Below, in pieces: positions 8,744 through 18,122 of a stretch of 64,000 nt of DNA. Location of the stretch: the NCBI GenBank assembly GCA_018302545.1, contig JAGVZM010000001.1, positions 79,033-143,032 of the forward strand. The letters are read 5' to 3'. The DNA is from Candidatus Woesearchaeota archaeon. GTDB lineage: Archaea > Nanobdellota > Nanobdellia > SCGC-AAA011-G17 > GW2011-AR18. The notes beneath the pieces are model-generated. The model was not told the DNA's origin. It did not search any database and saw nothing but the letters and a program-made list of their open reading frames with translations. The translations under genes were made by a program, and so were the position numbers. Numbering within the stretch: the first letter of the stretch is position 1; each line of letters begins with the position of its first letter.

Positions 8744-9530
8744 TTAATTCACCTCTTTGTTCTGTAACTTTAAAAGTCTCACACTTCTTATCAGTATAAG
8801 ATCTATCATCTCCAAATTCTATAATTATACAATCACCAGGAGGAACTTGTGATTGGGGTCTTAAAATGTAAGTATCATAACTAACCATTTTAATTTGTTT
8901 ATAATTCCAATTTTTATGATCTTCAGGATTTTGAACTTGTAAAATAAATACTTGTAATTTTCCAGGAATATCTCCACATTTATCTCCATCCTTCATATTC
9001 AAAATTCCTTGATTTGTTGGGATAGTTAAGCTCCCTCTTTGCAAAGTACCACCTATAATCTCAAAGAATTTCCCCAAATTAACATCAGGATACTTAACAA
9101 CAACACCTTCTACATGAATCCTATCATCTCCATGTTCATGCAAAACAGGATTTCCTATTCTATTACTCAGACCAGTAGGATCTAATAAATCAATTTTATT
9201 TCCACAATGCCAAATTTCAAAATCTGCATGCCAATGAACAGGACCTTTAGTATCAGAAACAACATTCAAATAAATAGTACTGCCAGCAACATATAAAGTA
9301 ACTAAAACAACAGGTATTGCTATCCCTAAAAATATTCCCCATTTGAAGCTATCTTTCTTTCTTTTCTCATGTAACATAGAGGCAATAATTAAAACAATAA
9401 CTAAAACACTAACAGCTAAGACAGCATAAACCGAGGTAGTTGTAAATTTTTCAACTAAATCATGATCATGAGCAAAAACAGTTAAAGATGAAATTATTAA
9501 TAATAGAGATAATAAGAATACACTCTTTTT
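8733..9530 (-). CDS. His-rich secreted/membrane-anchored protein, possible metal or redox partner of CcdA
   Basis: Likely start at MKKSVFLLSLLLIISSLTVFA, internal Met of the 8733..9596 ORF. Has a signal peptide, two TM helices, then HWHADFEIWHCG and HEHGDDRIHVEG His clusters and Cys pairs. Overlaps CcdA by 11 nt. Confidence 0.5.
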   Translation of the reverse strand, partial: KKSVFLLSLLLIISSLTVFAHDHDLVEKFTTTSVYAVLAVSVLVIVLIIASMLHEKRKKDSFKWGIFLGIAIPVVLVTLYVAGSTIYLNVVSDTKGPVHWHADFEIWHCGNKIDLLDPTGLSNRIGNPVLHEHGDDRIHVEGVVVKYPDVNLGKFFEIIGGTLQRGSLTIPTNQGILNMKDGDKCGDIPGKLQVFILQVQNPEDHKNWNYKQIKMVSYDTYILRPQSQVPPGDCIIIEFGDDRSYTDKKCETFKVTEQRGELSGS

Positions 9531-9634
9531 CATAATTAATAGAAAAATTAACATATTAATTAACCTTACTAAAAAACAGAAATAAAGGATATCCATTAGA
9601 AAACTACTTAAATTTTCTTAACTAATAATATAAG

Positions 9635-9901
9635 ATGCAAGCCAAAAAAATAGAATATGATAGATTGGAATTCAAAAAAGATCAAGAAATACCTTACTTA
9701 AAAGGAACTAGAATTAGAGCAGATGCAATATATGTGCATGATTATATAACAGAAAATAGAACGCCAGAACACATAGCAAAAGATAGAGATTTATCAATAC
9801 AAGACATAACTCAAGCTATAGAATGGGGTACTGCTAACGAAGGCATAATTAAAAAAGTATTAGAAAGAGAATACAAAAACAGGCCAATATACAAAAAATA
9901 G
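9635..9901 (+). CDS. DUF433-family protein (putative antitoxin-like)
   Basis: LKGTRIRADAIYVHDYITENRTPEHIAKDRDLSIQDITQAIEW matches the DUF433 GTRI...IL..YP.Lt.edI.aAL signature. Confidence 0.65.
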   Translation: MQAKKIEYDRLEFKKDQEIPYLKGTRIRADAIYVHDYITENRTPEHIAKDRDLSIQDITQAIEWGTANEGIIKKVLEREYKNRPIYKK

Positions 9902-9903
9902 AG

Positions 9904-10260
9904 GTGTTAAACATTAGGATTTATTTAGATGATAATCTAGACAAGGAAAGTTTTATATCTTTACTAGTAAAGGAAAGTTTTGAAGTTATAAGTCCTAGAA
10001 CAATTGGAATGCGTCATAAAAAAGATGAAGAACATTTAAAGTGTGCCGTTCTAAATAATGCAATATTACTAACTCTAGATCAAGGGTTTCAAAAATTACA
10101 TAAAAAATTAAATCATGAAGGAATAATAACCATATATCAGCAAATGAATAGGAGAAAAAACATGAATGATTTAGATATTGTTAAAGCATTGAAAAATATT
10201 ATATCTTTAAGTATAGAATTAAAAAACAAAATATTAAGTTTAAATGATTTTGATTACTAA
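9904..10260 (+). CDS. DUF5615/PIN-like protein (putative toxin partner of DUF433)
   Basis: IRIYLDDNLDKESFISLLVKESFEVISPRTIGMRHKKDEEHLKCAVLNNAILLTLDQGF fits the DUF5615 pattern (DENL...G..V..V...G....D..IL..A..E.R.L.T.D.DF). Sits 2 nt after the DUF433 gene. Confidence 0.55.
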   Translation: MLNIRIYLDDNLDKESFISLLVKESFEVISPRTIGMRHKKDEEHLKCAVLNNAILLTLDQGFQKLHKKLNHEGIITIYQQMNRRKNMNDLDIVKALKNIISLSIELKNKILSLNDFDY

Positions 10261-10438
10261 AAAATAGAAATATTTATTTATCTTGATATAAATAAAAAGT
10301 AGAGGTGAAAAACTTGGCTAAAAAGAAAGCAACTAAAAAAGAAGTAAAAAAAGATAAGCACGTTTGTGAATTCTGTTAAATTCCGGAAAGCTTTCGGAAA
10401 TTTAGTAATTTATTTTATAAATCTAAAAAGAATATAAA

Positions 10439-10595
10439 TCCCCGCTGCGGGATTTGAACCTGCAACCTGGCGGGATCTGCTGTCTGTTTTTCATTTCTAG
10501 TTTTTATACCTAAGATCAAACAGTGGATAACCCTACAGCCGCCCGCTCTACCGCTACTCCCAATGTTTAAAAACATTAGTTTGAGCTAAGCGGGG
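10439..10595 (-). tRNA. tRNA-Tyr (anticodon GUA) with two introns (after D-stem 5' strand, about 24 nt; anticodon loop, about 58 nt)
   Basis: Minus strand reads CCCCGCU UA GCUC [AAACUAAUGUUUUUAAACAUUGGG] AGUAGCGGUA GAGC G GGCGG CUGUAG[intron] CCGCC AGGUU GCAGG UUCAAAU CCCGC AGCGGGG A. The C1-G72 pair plus A73 is characteristic of archaeal tRNA-Tyr. Confidence 0.75.
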
Positions 10596-10695
10596 ATCTA
10601 TAAAAACAAAATCCAGAAGTATATTTAAAGTTTTCCCATATTAAAAATCTGAACAAAGAATAACACTTATATACTTTCTAACTAAATAAAAGATT

Positions 10696-11358
10696 ATGAA
10701 TAAAAGAGGTCAAATGTTTATAATTGCAGCATTAATATTTGCATTATTACTTTATACTCTAGTAATTAAATATAATGAAATAACAACATACCCAACACCC
10801 CAAGAATTTCAACAACAAAAAGATGCATATCAAAAAGAATTTCCAAAAGTAATAAATTTCGCAATATATAATTCTTCTGATATTAATTCTCAACTAGATA
10901 ATTTTACTAATGTATTTCTAGGAGAAGCCAGAAAAAAAGATCCAAATTTTGGAATTTTATATTTATACAAAGACACATCAGAAAATGTTCATATAGTAAA
11001 TACCTTAACAGAGAAAGTCCTAACAATTAAATTAACAAACATAGATGCCTCTCAACTAAATTTAAATGTAGTAGGAAAATCAGGATCTGAAGGACAAATA
11101 TGTATATCTGGAGTAGGAGTTGGTTGTACAACATCTACAGTAGACCAATCTCAATTTGGTTCTGGTTTTGATAACAAAGAAACATTAAGTGGAGTACAAT
11201 TTATTGAATTAAGTGTTTCTGGATTAACAACTTTCCCAATACCATTAGACGTGCAAAATTTCACCTCCCTTAATTTAATACAATCACAACAAATATTATC
11301 ACCCCAAAATATTCCAGGAACAAGTGCACAAGTAGAAGTAACATTAAATCAATATTAA
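10696..11358 (+). CDS. archaeal type IV pilin-like protein (class III signal peptide)
   Basis: N-terminus MNKRG|QMFIIAALIFALLLYTLVI has the KRGQ plus hydrophobic stretch typical of the archaeal prepilin peptidase site. Confidence 0.6.
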   Translation: MNKRGQMFIIAALIFALLLYTLVIKYNEITTYPTPQEFQQQKDAYQKEFPKVINFAIYNSSDINSQLDNFTNVFLGEARKKDPNFGILYLYKDTSENVHIVNTLTEKVLTIKLTNIDASQLNLNVVGKSGSEGQICISGVGVGCTTSTVDQSQFGSGFDNKETLSGVQFIELSVSGLTTFPIPLDVQNFTSLNLIQSQQILSPQNIPGTSAQVEVTLNQY

Positions 11359-11360
11359 AT

Positions 11361-12266
11361 TTATTCAATAACAGTTAAAAACAAATCATCAAAAGATTCT
11401 ACATCTTGAGCATCTTTAACAAATAATCTAACTTTGTGTCTACCAACAGTAGCCAATGGACCTTGATTACAACCACTTAAAGACTCAAGAGCAGGTACCT
11501 CGCCATTATGCCACAAAATCCTATATCTCAAATCACTTCCATCAGAAGCACCGTCAGGATCCACACTTCCAGTTCCCATAGAAGAATGCCCCTCTACAAA
11601 AGGAAAGCCAAAACAACCATTAGGTTGTAAATACATACAATGTCTATCAAAATTAAAACATCTAGGATCCCTATACCTAACCATTAAATCAGGACCAGCT
11701 CTAGCAACAGGAGGTAAATTTCCACTCATTACTCGGATATTAATTCTATATAAATCTCCTTCCATTCCTCTAACATCTTTTACCCTAGCAACTAAAGTAT
11801 AATCCCCAATTCCAGGTAATGCATGAATTACTCTGCAATCAGAGTTCCAATCTCTAGAATAACCATCACTAAATTCAAACCTACATTCAGTAGTATCTCC
11901 ATCAGGATCAGAAGTCTCACCTCTATACATATTATCAGTCTGTGGATTAACATTTCTTTCTGTATATGGAACTCCTATAGAATCTACTAATTGAATAGTA
12001 GGTTTTCTATTCATAACAACCTCTCCAGAATCTTCTTCAAAAGCACCAGCATCAAATCTAAATCCAGTATCAGGAACATAAATTCCAGAATCATTTTTTA
12101 CAAAACCAGAATCAACTCTTGTTTGTAATGTGTCCTCAATTCCAGAATCCATAGAAACAATTGGTTTACTTCCATCTTGATCATTAGAATTATTACTCTC
12201 ACTACTGCAAGCGCCTACTAAAACCAATCCAGCAGGTACAATAAGTCTATTAATTAAAGTCCTCAT
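11361..12266 (-). CDS. secreted lipoprotein, hypothetical (D/G/S-rich)
   Basis: Likely start MRTLINRLIVPAGLVLVGAC with lipobox LVGAC. Composition is atypical for this genome, with low K/N/I. Confidence 0.5.
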   Translation of the reverse strand: MRTLINRLIVPAGLVLVGACSSESNNSNDQDGSKPIVSMDSGIEDTLQTRVDSGFVKNDSGIYVPDTGFRFDAGAFEEDSGEVVMNRKPTIQLVDSIGVPYTERNVNPQTDNMYRGETSDPDGDTTECRFEFSDGYSRDWNSDCRVIHALPGIGDYTLVARVKDVRGMEGDLYRINIRVMSGNLPPVARAGPDLMVRYRDPRCFNFDRHCMYLQPNGCFGFPFVEGHSSMGTGSVDPDGASDGSDLRYRILWHNGEVPALESLSGCNQGPLATVGRHKVRLFVKDAQDVESFDDLFLTVIE

Positions 12267-12339
12267 AGCTTCCTTCCCTTTATAATTATAGAATAGAAAA
12301 TTTAAATACTTTACTAAATATATCATTAATTAGTGACAA

Positions 12340-12660
12340 TTATTCATCTAATCTTTCACAATAATCTATATCAGATTCAACAACTATAGCAGCAAGATCC
12401 TCATCTCTTTTTCTTATATCTTCTTCTATGCAATCTAAATTTTCAATAGGTTTTAATTTTCTATAACAATCAATCTGTCTAGAAATCTCTATCCTGGAAT
12501 TTGAAGCACCATCAGCTAAAGCTTTTTCCCTACTAGCAACAGTAATATCATACCAAGAATAACCAAGTACTCCAAAAGTTCCTAAAATTAATGAATAAAC
12601 ACCAACACCTTTAAAAATTTCTAAAAAAGGTCCTCTATAAACAAATTGTTTCTTGTGCAT
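12340..12660 (-). CDS. small membrane-anchored protein, paralog A of a tandem triplet
   Basis: N-terminal TM helix, then conserved EISRQIDCYRKL and C-terminal DYC motif shared with the neighbour 12690..13022. Confidence 0.5.
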   Translation of the reverse strand: MHKKQFVYRGPFLEIFKGVGVYSLILGTFGVLGYSWYDITVASREKALADGASNSRIEISRQIDCYRKLKPIENLDCIEEDIRKRDEDLAAIVVESDIDYCERLDE

Positions 12661-12689
12661 AAAAAAGAATTAAAGAAGGATATATAAAA

Positions 12690-13022
12690 TTAATTGCTAA
12701 ATTTTTCTCCAGTTAACAATTCTAAGCTTCTGCAATAATCAAGGGGGGGATTATTAACAATTTCTTTAATATCACTAATTTGCACTCCTTCTCCAAAAGA
12801 ATATTTTGAATCTAAATGACCTCTTTCTAAAATGTTCAACCTTTTATAACAATCAATCTGTCTAGAAATCTCTTTCCTAGTTAATGAATCCCTAGTTTCA
12901 CTATTTAGAATAGAATCAAGACCATAATTAATAGTAAATCCACTAACAAGAGCAAAAATTCCACTCGCTACAATAGGTATAACATAATCTCGAATTGACA
13001 TATCTTTTAAAATTGCAGTCAA
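12690..13022 (-). CDS. small membrane-anchored protein, paralog B of a tandem triplet
   Basis: TM helix, then EISRQIDCYKRL and LDYC, near-identical motifs to paralog A. Confidence 0.5.
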   Translation of the reverse strand: MTAILKDMSIRDYVIPIVASGIFALVSGFTINYGLDSILNSETRDSLTRKEISRQIDCYKRLNILERGHLDSKYSFGEGVQISDIKEIVNNPPLDYCRSLELLTGEKFSN

Positions 13023-13031
13023 TTTAAAAAT

Positions 13032-13382
13032 TTAGCGGTCAACTTCAGCACAATAATCAGTATTATCCCTTCCTTCTAAAATATCTATAATTTTATCATC
13101 CCTAATCTTAAAAGGTTTATCAGTAACTACCAAAAATTCCTCATCTACGACCCTACCTTCACCTAAAGAAACCGCAAAATCTAAAGAAGGATTTAATTCA
13201 ATAAAACATTTCGCTTGTCTACTATCTTTAAACCTCTTTACATTATTTTCAAGCCTACTCAATCGAGCCCCAGCTTCATAAATTTTAGATTCATAAAAAG
13301 AATTTAAACCCACATAAGTTAATAACAAAGTGCTAACAGAAGCTAAAGCAGCAATACCAAGATAACTATCAAATTTTGTCAT
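13032..13382 (-). CDS. small membrane-anchored protein, paralog C (divergent) of a tandem triplet
   Basis: TM helix, then DSRQAKCF and TDYC motifs. Same size and architecture as A and B. Confidence 0.45.
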   Translation of the reverse strand: MTKFDSYLGIAALASVSTLLLTYVGLNSFYESKIYEAGARLSRLENNVKRFKDSRQAKCFIELNPSLDFAVSLGEGRVVDEEFLVVTDKPFKIRDDKIIDILEGRDNTDYCAEVDR

Positions 13383-13412
13383 AAAAAAGAAATAAACTAA
13401 ACATTTAAAAAT

Positions 13413-14201
13413 TTAATCCTTAAAACCCATCCATTTTAAGAAAGAATTAACAAAACTTGAATTAGGAGTTTGAATACTCTCCTCATATTTCAAATTTAAT
13501 AAATCAGCAGCTAACTTTTTATATTGAACAGCACTAGCACTCTTTGGATGACTTGCAACAACCGGTTGCTTAGAAACTAAAGCATGTTTAACTGCCCTAT
13601 CTTCCGGTATTACACCAATAACAGGAACATCTAACATTGCTTCTATATCCTTTAAAGAAACATCAGGATTCTTAGCATTTGTCTTAGTAACCAAAACACC
13701 TAAAATATCTTTTCTAAGTTCTTTACAAACTTTAACAGTTTTTAAAGCATCAGTCAAAGCAGGCATCTCAGGTGTTGTAACAATAACAACTTCATCCAAA
13801 GCCTTAACAACACTCAAAGCTTCTTTAGTTAAACCTGGAGCCCCATCTAAAACTATAAAATCACTATGTCCATCCAAATCTCTAACAACACCCGTCAGTT
13901 TATGATGATCTATTTTTCTAGTGTCTTTCAAAGCAATACTTCCTGGCAAGAATTTAATTCCACTGCTATGATGAAAAACAGATTCTAATGCTTCTTTTTT
14001 TCCTCTTAAAACATCATGTAAATTATGTTGATTAACAGGATTTCCTAAATACACCCCAACATTAGGAGAAGTAAAATTAGCATCAACTAAAATAACATTT
14101 TTACCAAAATAAGTCAAAGCAGCTGCTAAATTTATAGCACTAGTTGTTTTACCAATACCTCCTTTTGAAGAAATGCAACCTATAACTCTTGAGATAGCCA
14201 T
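13413..14201 (-). CDS. ParA/MinD-family P-loop ATPase
   Basis: Deviant Walker A SSKGGIGKTT near the N-terminus. 262 aa, MinD/ParA-like throughout. Confidence 0.85.
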   Translation of the reverse strand: MAISRVIGCISSKGGIGKTTSAINLAAALTYFGKNVILVDANFTSPNVGVYLGNPVNQHNLHDVLRGKKEALESVFHHSSGIKFLPGSIALKDTRKIDHHKLTGVVRDLDGHSDFIVLDGAPGLTKEALSVVKALDEVVIVTTPEMPALTDALKTVKVCKELRKDILGVLVTKTNAKNPDVSLKDIEAMLDVPVIGVIPEDRAVKHALVSKQPVVASHPKSASAVQYKKLAADLLNLKYEESIQTPNSSFVNSFLKWMGFKD

Positions 14202-14324
14202 ATTTTCTTAGTAGATTAACAATTAATAAACCTTTCCCTGAAATTCAAAAATTATAGAATTGAAAATTATTAAAAAATTATTTTTTTAGAGAGTTATACT
14301 AGAAACCCATTAGAGATATTGATA

Positions 14325-14765
14325 TTAAATCTTATCATAGATAAACTTAACAAATTCTTTAGTTTTGTCTAAATATTCATATAGATCATCAACTTTGACA
14401 ATAAGCGGTTTAGAAGTTTTTGTAGTCAAAGCAACATTTTTCCTAAACTCCTCACTAGCAGTATATTCAGCTTTATCAATTTTTTTTAATAAGTTATACA
14501 AAGCAAAATATTTTTTAGCAGCATTGCCTAAAAGATTCTTAACAAGAATAGATCTTTCTTTAGCAGTACCAGGAACATCAGCTATTTTTTTATTCTTTCT
14601 TAAACTTTCTAAATATGCAATCATAGAGAGTTCATAAGAAGCGATCATTCTTTTAATAGCATTCTTCATAATATCACAAGTTCTAGTATACTTCAAAGAA
14701 ACATAAACTAAGTGATCTGCTCTCTTTAACTCTTCTTGAGGTGAATCAACGTTAATCTCATACAT
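14325..14765 (-). CDS. hypothetical helical protein, paralog of 14758..15237
   Basis: Shares an N-terminal motif (L..A...ADHLVYVS) with the upstream overlapping ORF. Confidence 0.45.
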   Translation of the reverse strand: MYEINVDSPQEELKRADHLVYVSLKYTRTCDIMKNAIKRMIASYELSMIAYLESLRKNKKIADVPGTAKERSILVKNLLGNAAKKYFALYNLLKKIDKAEYTASEEFRKNVALTTKTSKPLIVKVDDLYEYLDKTKEFVKFIYDKI

Positions 14766-15237
14766 TATTTTGTCCCAGACCCCCTATAAACTCTATAAAA
14801 CTACGTATTACTCCTATATAAACCTTAAGCATTGTTATATCTAATGCCTTTATTTTAGAATAATCATTATTACATATAACAAATTTATTTTTTCTAGAAA
14901 ATTCTAAAGGACTTTGCGAATGTTGATTTAGTACAATTTTTAATTCCCTAATGACTCTAATAATTTCTTTATTTAGTTTCATCCTATTAACAACTTGATT
15001 TTCAAAAACAAAAATAATGTTATCATAATCTAAAGGAAGAGTATCAATTCTTTTATTTAATTTCTCATAATATAAAACAACACCAATAGATTTTATTCCA
15101 GATAAATATAAATTATTAGCAATAGCTAAAAGCAATTTGTTATCTTTTAATAAAGGATAACTAACATAAGCCAAATGATCTGCGGTATTAAAAGCTTTAT
15201 TTGCTTCTTTTAACAACAGATTAAACTTATCATCCAT
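14758..15237 (-). CDS. hypothetical helical protein, paralog of 14325..14765
   Basis: KEANKAFNTADHLAYVSYPLL motif. Has an 8-nt overlap with the downstream paralog, typical of an operon. Confidence 0.45.
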   Translation of the reverse strand: MDDKFNLLLKEANKAFNTADHLAYVSYPLLKDNKLLLAIANNLYLSGIKSIGVVLYYEKLNKRIDTLPLDYDNIIFVFENQVVNRMKLNKEIIRVIRELKIVLNQHSQSPLEFSRKNKFVICNNDYSKIKALDITMLKVYIGVIRSFIEFIGGLGQNNV

Positions 15238-15267
15238 ACAACTGCAAAGTAATAAAAATACTTAAAC

Positions 15268-15594
15268 TTATTCTTTCTTTAGTTCTAGAATTGTTTCAGC
15301 TAAATCTCCTTTATTTTTTTCTAATGTTAATTTTGCTTCTTTTCTACTAACTCCAGTTTGACTAACAACAGTTTCAATATCCTCATCTGTAATACTACTC
15401 TCTTGTTCTATATCTCCCGTAATTTGTAAACTTTCTTGCCCCATCATATTAACTTTCATAACTTCAGGATTCTTAATAATGAAATTACCTTCAGGAGTTT
15501 TTAAAACTACTTCATAACACTCAATAGGTTCCTGTTTCATACCCATTTTCTTCATAGCCTTTTCTAGTTGTTTAGGATTCATTCCAGGTATCAT
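15268..15594 (-). CDS. nac: nascent polypeptide-associated complex protein (NAC alpha)
   Basis: MIPGMNPKQLEKAMKKMGM...MMGQESLQITG...VSQTGVSRKEAKLTLEKNKGDLAETILEL covers the NAC domain plus UBA tail. Confidence 0.85.
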   Translation of the reverse strand: MIPGMNPKQLEKAMKKMGMKQEPIECYEVVLKTPEGNFIIKNPEVMKVNMMGQESLQITGDIEQESSITDEDIETVVSQTGVSRKEAKLTLEKNKGDLAETILELKKE

Positions 15595-15641
15595 AAATTT
15601 ACAAAAATATTTGATTATATAAAATTTTCCAAAAAGAAATG

Positions 15642-17117
15642 TCAGTTAGATTTAGTTTCCCAATATTTTAACAACTGAATAGCTAATCTCACGCCCACAC
15701 CAGTTCCACCAACAGGATTTAAAGGTTCACTTTTAGTAGTCCAAGCAGTTCCAGCAATATCTAAATGTACCCATTTCTTGCAATCAACAAATTCTTTTAA
15801 GAACATAGCTGCAGTAATAGCTCCCCCATCTCTAGGTCCACAATTTTTTAGGTCTGCAACATTACTTTTAATATACTCTTTATATTTATCATGTAAAGGT
15901 AATCTCCAAACCTCCTCTCCTGTTTTTTCTCCTGCAATAGTTAACTTCTGAGCCAATTCATCATCTGTACTAAACATCCCAGTAAATATATCTCCTAAAG
16001 AAATAACACAAGCACCAGTTAAAGTAGCAAAATCAATAACAGCTTTAGGCTTAAAATTTTTAGAATAAGCTAAAGCATCAGCCAAAATCAATCTACCCTC
16101 TGCATCAGTATTTATAATCTCAGAAGTTTTTCCATTATAATGTTTAATTATATCTCCTGGTTTGTAAGCATTGCCTCCTGGTAAATTCTCAACTGTAGGA
16201 ATTAAACCAACTAAATGATAAGGCAATTTTAATCTTGCAGCAGCTTCTATTAAACCTAAAACAACAGCACCACCACTCATATCAAACTTCATCTCATCCA
16301 TTGCAGCACTAGGCTTTATTGAAATACCGCCAGAATCAAAAGTAACACCTTTACCAACAAAACAAATTGTTTCTTTCCCTCCCATATATTCCAAAACAAT
16401 AAACTTAGGTTCATGCCCACTTCCCTTACTAACAGCAATCATACCACCCATACCAATTTTTTCAATATCATTCTTATCATATACTATACATTTTAGTTTA
16501 TTTCTTCTAGCAATTCTTTTAGCTTCATTAGCAAGATAAGATGGAGTAACTACATTACTAGGCTTATTCTGCAAGTCTCTAACATAACAAACAGAATCAC
16601 TAATAATCAAAGCATCTCTTATACCCTCATCTATCTCCATAAAGTTATTTGCATTAGCAATAAGTGTAAATTGTTCAACTTTATTAAGATCTTCTAGACC
16701 TTGAGTTTTAAAATGATTAAAATTATATAAAGCCAATTTTACAGCTTCAACAGAACAGTAAGCAGCATTATAAGGTCTTAAATCCTCAAACAAAACTAAA
16801 CTAAATTCTTTTATTGAATTATCCCTTAAATAAACAGCAACTTTGGCTATAACTTGTCTAGCTTTATTAACATTGAATTCCTTTTCTTTTCCTAAACCAA
16901 CTAACACTAATCTCTTTATTTTTCCTTTTAGTCTCAACATAGAGATCTTACAAAACTTTCCAGTAAATTCCTTGTCATTAACTAAATCTCCAACCAAACC
17001 CTCAGAAATAACATTATAGACTCCTAAATCATCCTTATGCATTTCTTCGTATAAACCTACAACTAAAGCTTCAGTATTTAGTTCACCAGGATCCTTAGTA
17101 AATAACACTACTTTCAT
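15642..17117 (-). CDS. pepA: leucyl aminopeptidase (M17 family)
   Basis: M17 signature NTDAEGRLILADALAY and metal-binding region VGKGVTFDSGGISIKP. Confidence 0.9.
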   Translation of the reverse strand: MKVVLFTKDPGELNTEALVVGLYEEMHKDDLGVYNVISEGLVGDLVNDKEFTGKFCKISMLRLKGKIKRLVLVGLGKEKEFNVNKARQVIAKVAVYLRDNSIKEFSLVLFEDLRPYNAAYCSVEAVKLALYNFNHFKTQGLEDLNKVEQFTLIANANNFMEIDEGIRDALIISDSVCYVRDLQNKPSNVVTPSYLANEAKRIARRNKLKCIVYDKNDIEKIGMGGMIAVSKGSGHEPKFIVLEYMGGKETICFVGKGVTFDSGGISIKPSAAMDEMKFDMSGGAVVLGLIEAAARLKLPYHLVGLIPTVENLPGGNAYKPGDIIKHYNGKTSEIINTDAEGRLILADALAYSKNFKPKAVIDFATLTGACVISLGDIFTGMFSTDDELAQKLTIAGEKTGEEVWRLPLHDKYKEYIKSNVADLKNCGPRDGGAITAAMFLKEFVDCKKWVHLDIAGTAWTTKSEPLNPVGGTGVGVRLAIQLLKYWETKSN

Positions 17118-17414
17118 AAAGAAAAGGCAAAATATTGTGTTTATTAAGTTTATCCTGGTTTAGAATATAATTTAAATATCTATAAGAAACTAAATAAAGA
17201 TGAAGAATAAGAAAGTAATTAAAATTATAGGATTAATAGTAATTATAGTTATGATAGCAAACCTTATTCTTTTTGCAGCAGGAGTAATAAATATAATAAA
17301 ATTTTGGGTGATAATAATAACTGGAGCAATAATAACCTATAAGATAATACCTTTAATAAAAAAGTAATTTAAAATAATACTAAAATTTATATAACAACAA
17401 TAGGTCAAAGAAAC

Positions 17415-18122
17415 ATGTTAAAAATATATAACACCTTAACAAGAAAAAAAGAAGAATTTGTCCCATTAAAAGGAAAAGAAGTAAAAGCATTTGAATGTGG
17501 CCCCACAGTTTATGATCATGCGCATTTGGGGCATGCAAAAACAGCAATACAATTTGATATTATTATAAAGTATTTAAGATATAAAGGCTACAAAGTATTC
17601 TACATAAAAAACATAACAGATATAGATGATAAAATAATAAAAAGAGCTCAAGAAAGAAAAACAACATGGGATAAAATAGCAAGAGAATACGAATCATCTT
17701 ATCTAGAAGACATGAAAAATCTAGGCGTTGATTCTGTAAACAAATTCCCAAGAGCAACAGACTACATTCAAGAAATTATTTCACAAGTAAAAAGATTAAT
17801 AAAAAAAGGGGTTGCATATAAAATTTCTGATGGTTATTATTTTGACTTAACAAAATTCCCAGATTATGGAAAATTAGCTAAAAGAAATTCTCAAGAAGAA
17901 GGAGACGATATTTCTAGAATAGATGAAAACGAAGAAAAGAGAAATAAGGGAGACTTCTGCTTATTAAAATTTAGCAAGAAAGGCGAACCTTATTGGGAAG
18001 ATATTCTAGAAATTGAAATTTCCGAAAGAGAGTATGAATCTATTATAAAAGAAGCAATCAAAAATAATGATGAAGAATTTTTAAAATTAAATAATATAAA
18101 TAAAACAAGATGGAAAAAATAA
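17415..18122 (+). CDS. cysS: cysteinyl-tRNA synthetase, N-terminal fragment (split gene)
   Basis: CGPTVYDHAHLGHA (HIGH motif) and NITDIDDKII...KGEPYW follow the CysRS consensus up to nt 17999. A 40-codon non-CysRS tail then runs to the stop. Confidence 0.8.
   Translation: MLKIYNTLTRKKEEFVPLKGKEVKAFECGPTVYDHAHLGHAKTAIQFDIIIKYLRYKGYKVFYIKNITDIDDKIIKRAQERKTTWDKIAREYESSYLEDMKNLGVDSVNKFPRATDYIQEIISQVKRLIKKGVAYKISDGYYFDLTKFPDYGKLAKRNSQEEGDDISRIDENEEKRNKGDFCLLKFSKKGEPYWEDILEIEISEREYESIIKEAIKNNDEEFLKLNNINKTRWKK

Noticed and set aside
10314-10382. 21-aa peptide (LAKKKATKKEVKKDKHVCEFC, TTG start after GAGGTGA) followed by the palindrome GAAAGCTTTC
   Set aside because: It is too short, with a non-ATG start. 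It could be a remnant of a zinc-ribbon r-protein gene or a coincidence. The palindrome may be a terminator. Nothing here is checkable from sequence alone.
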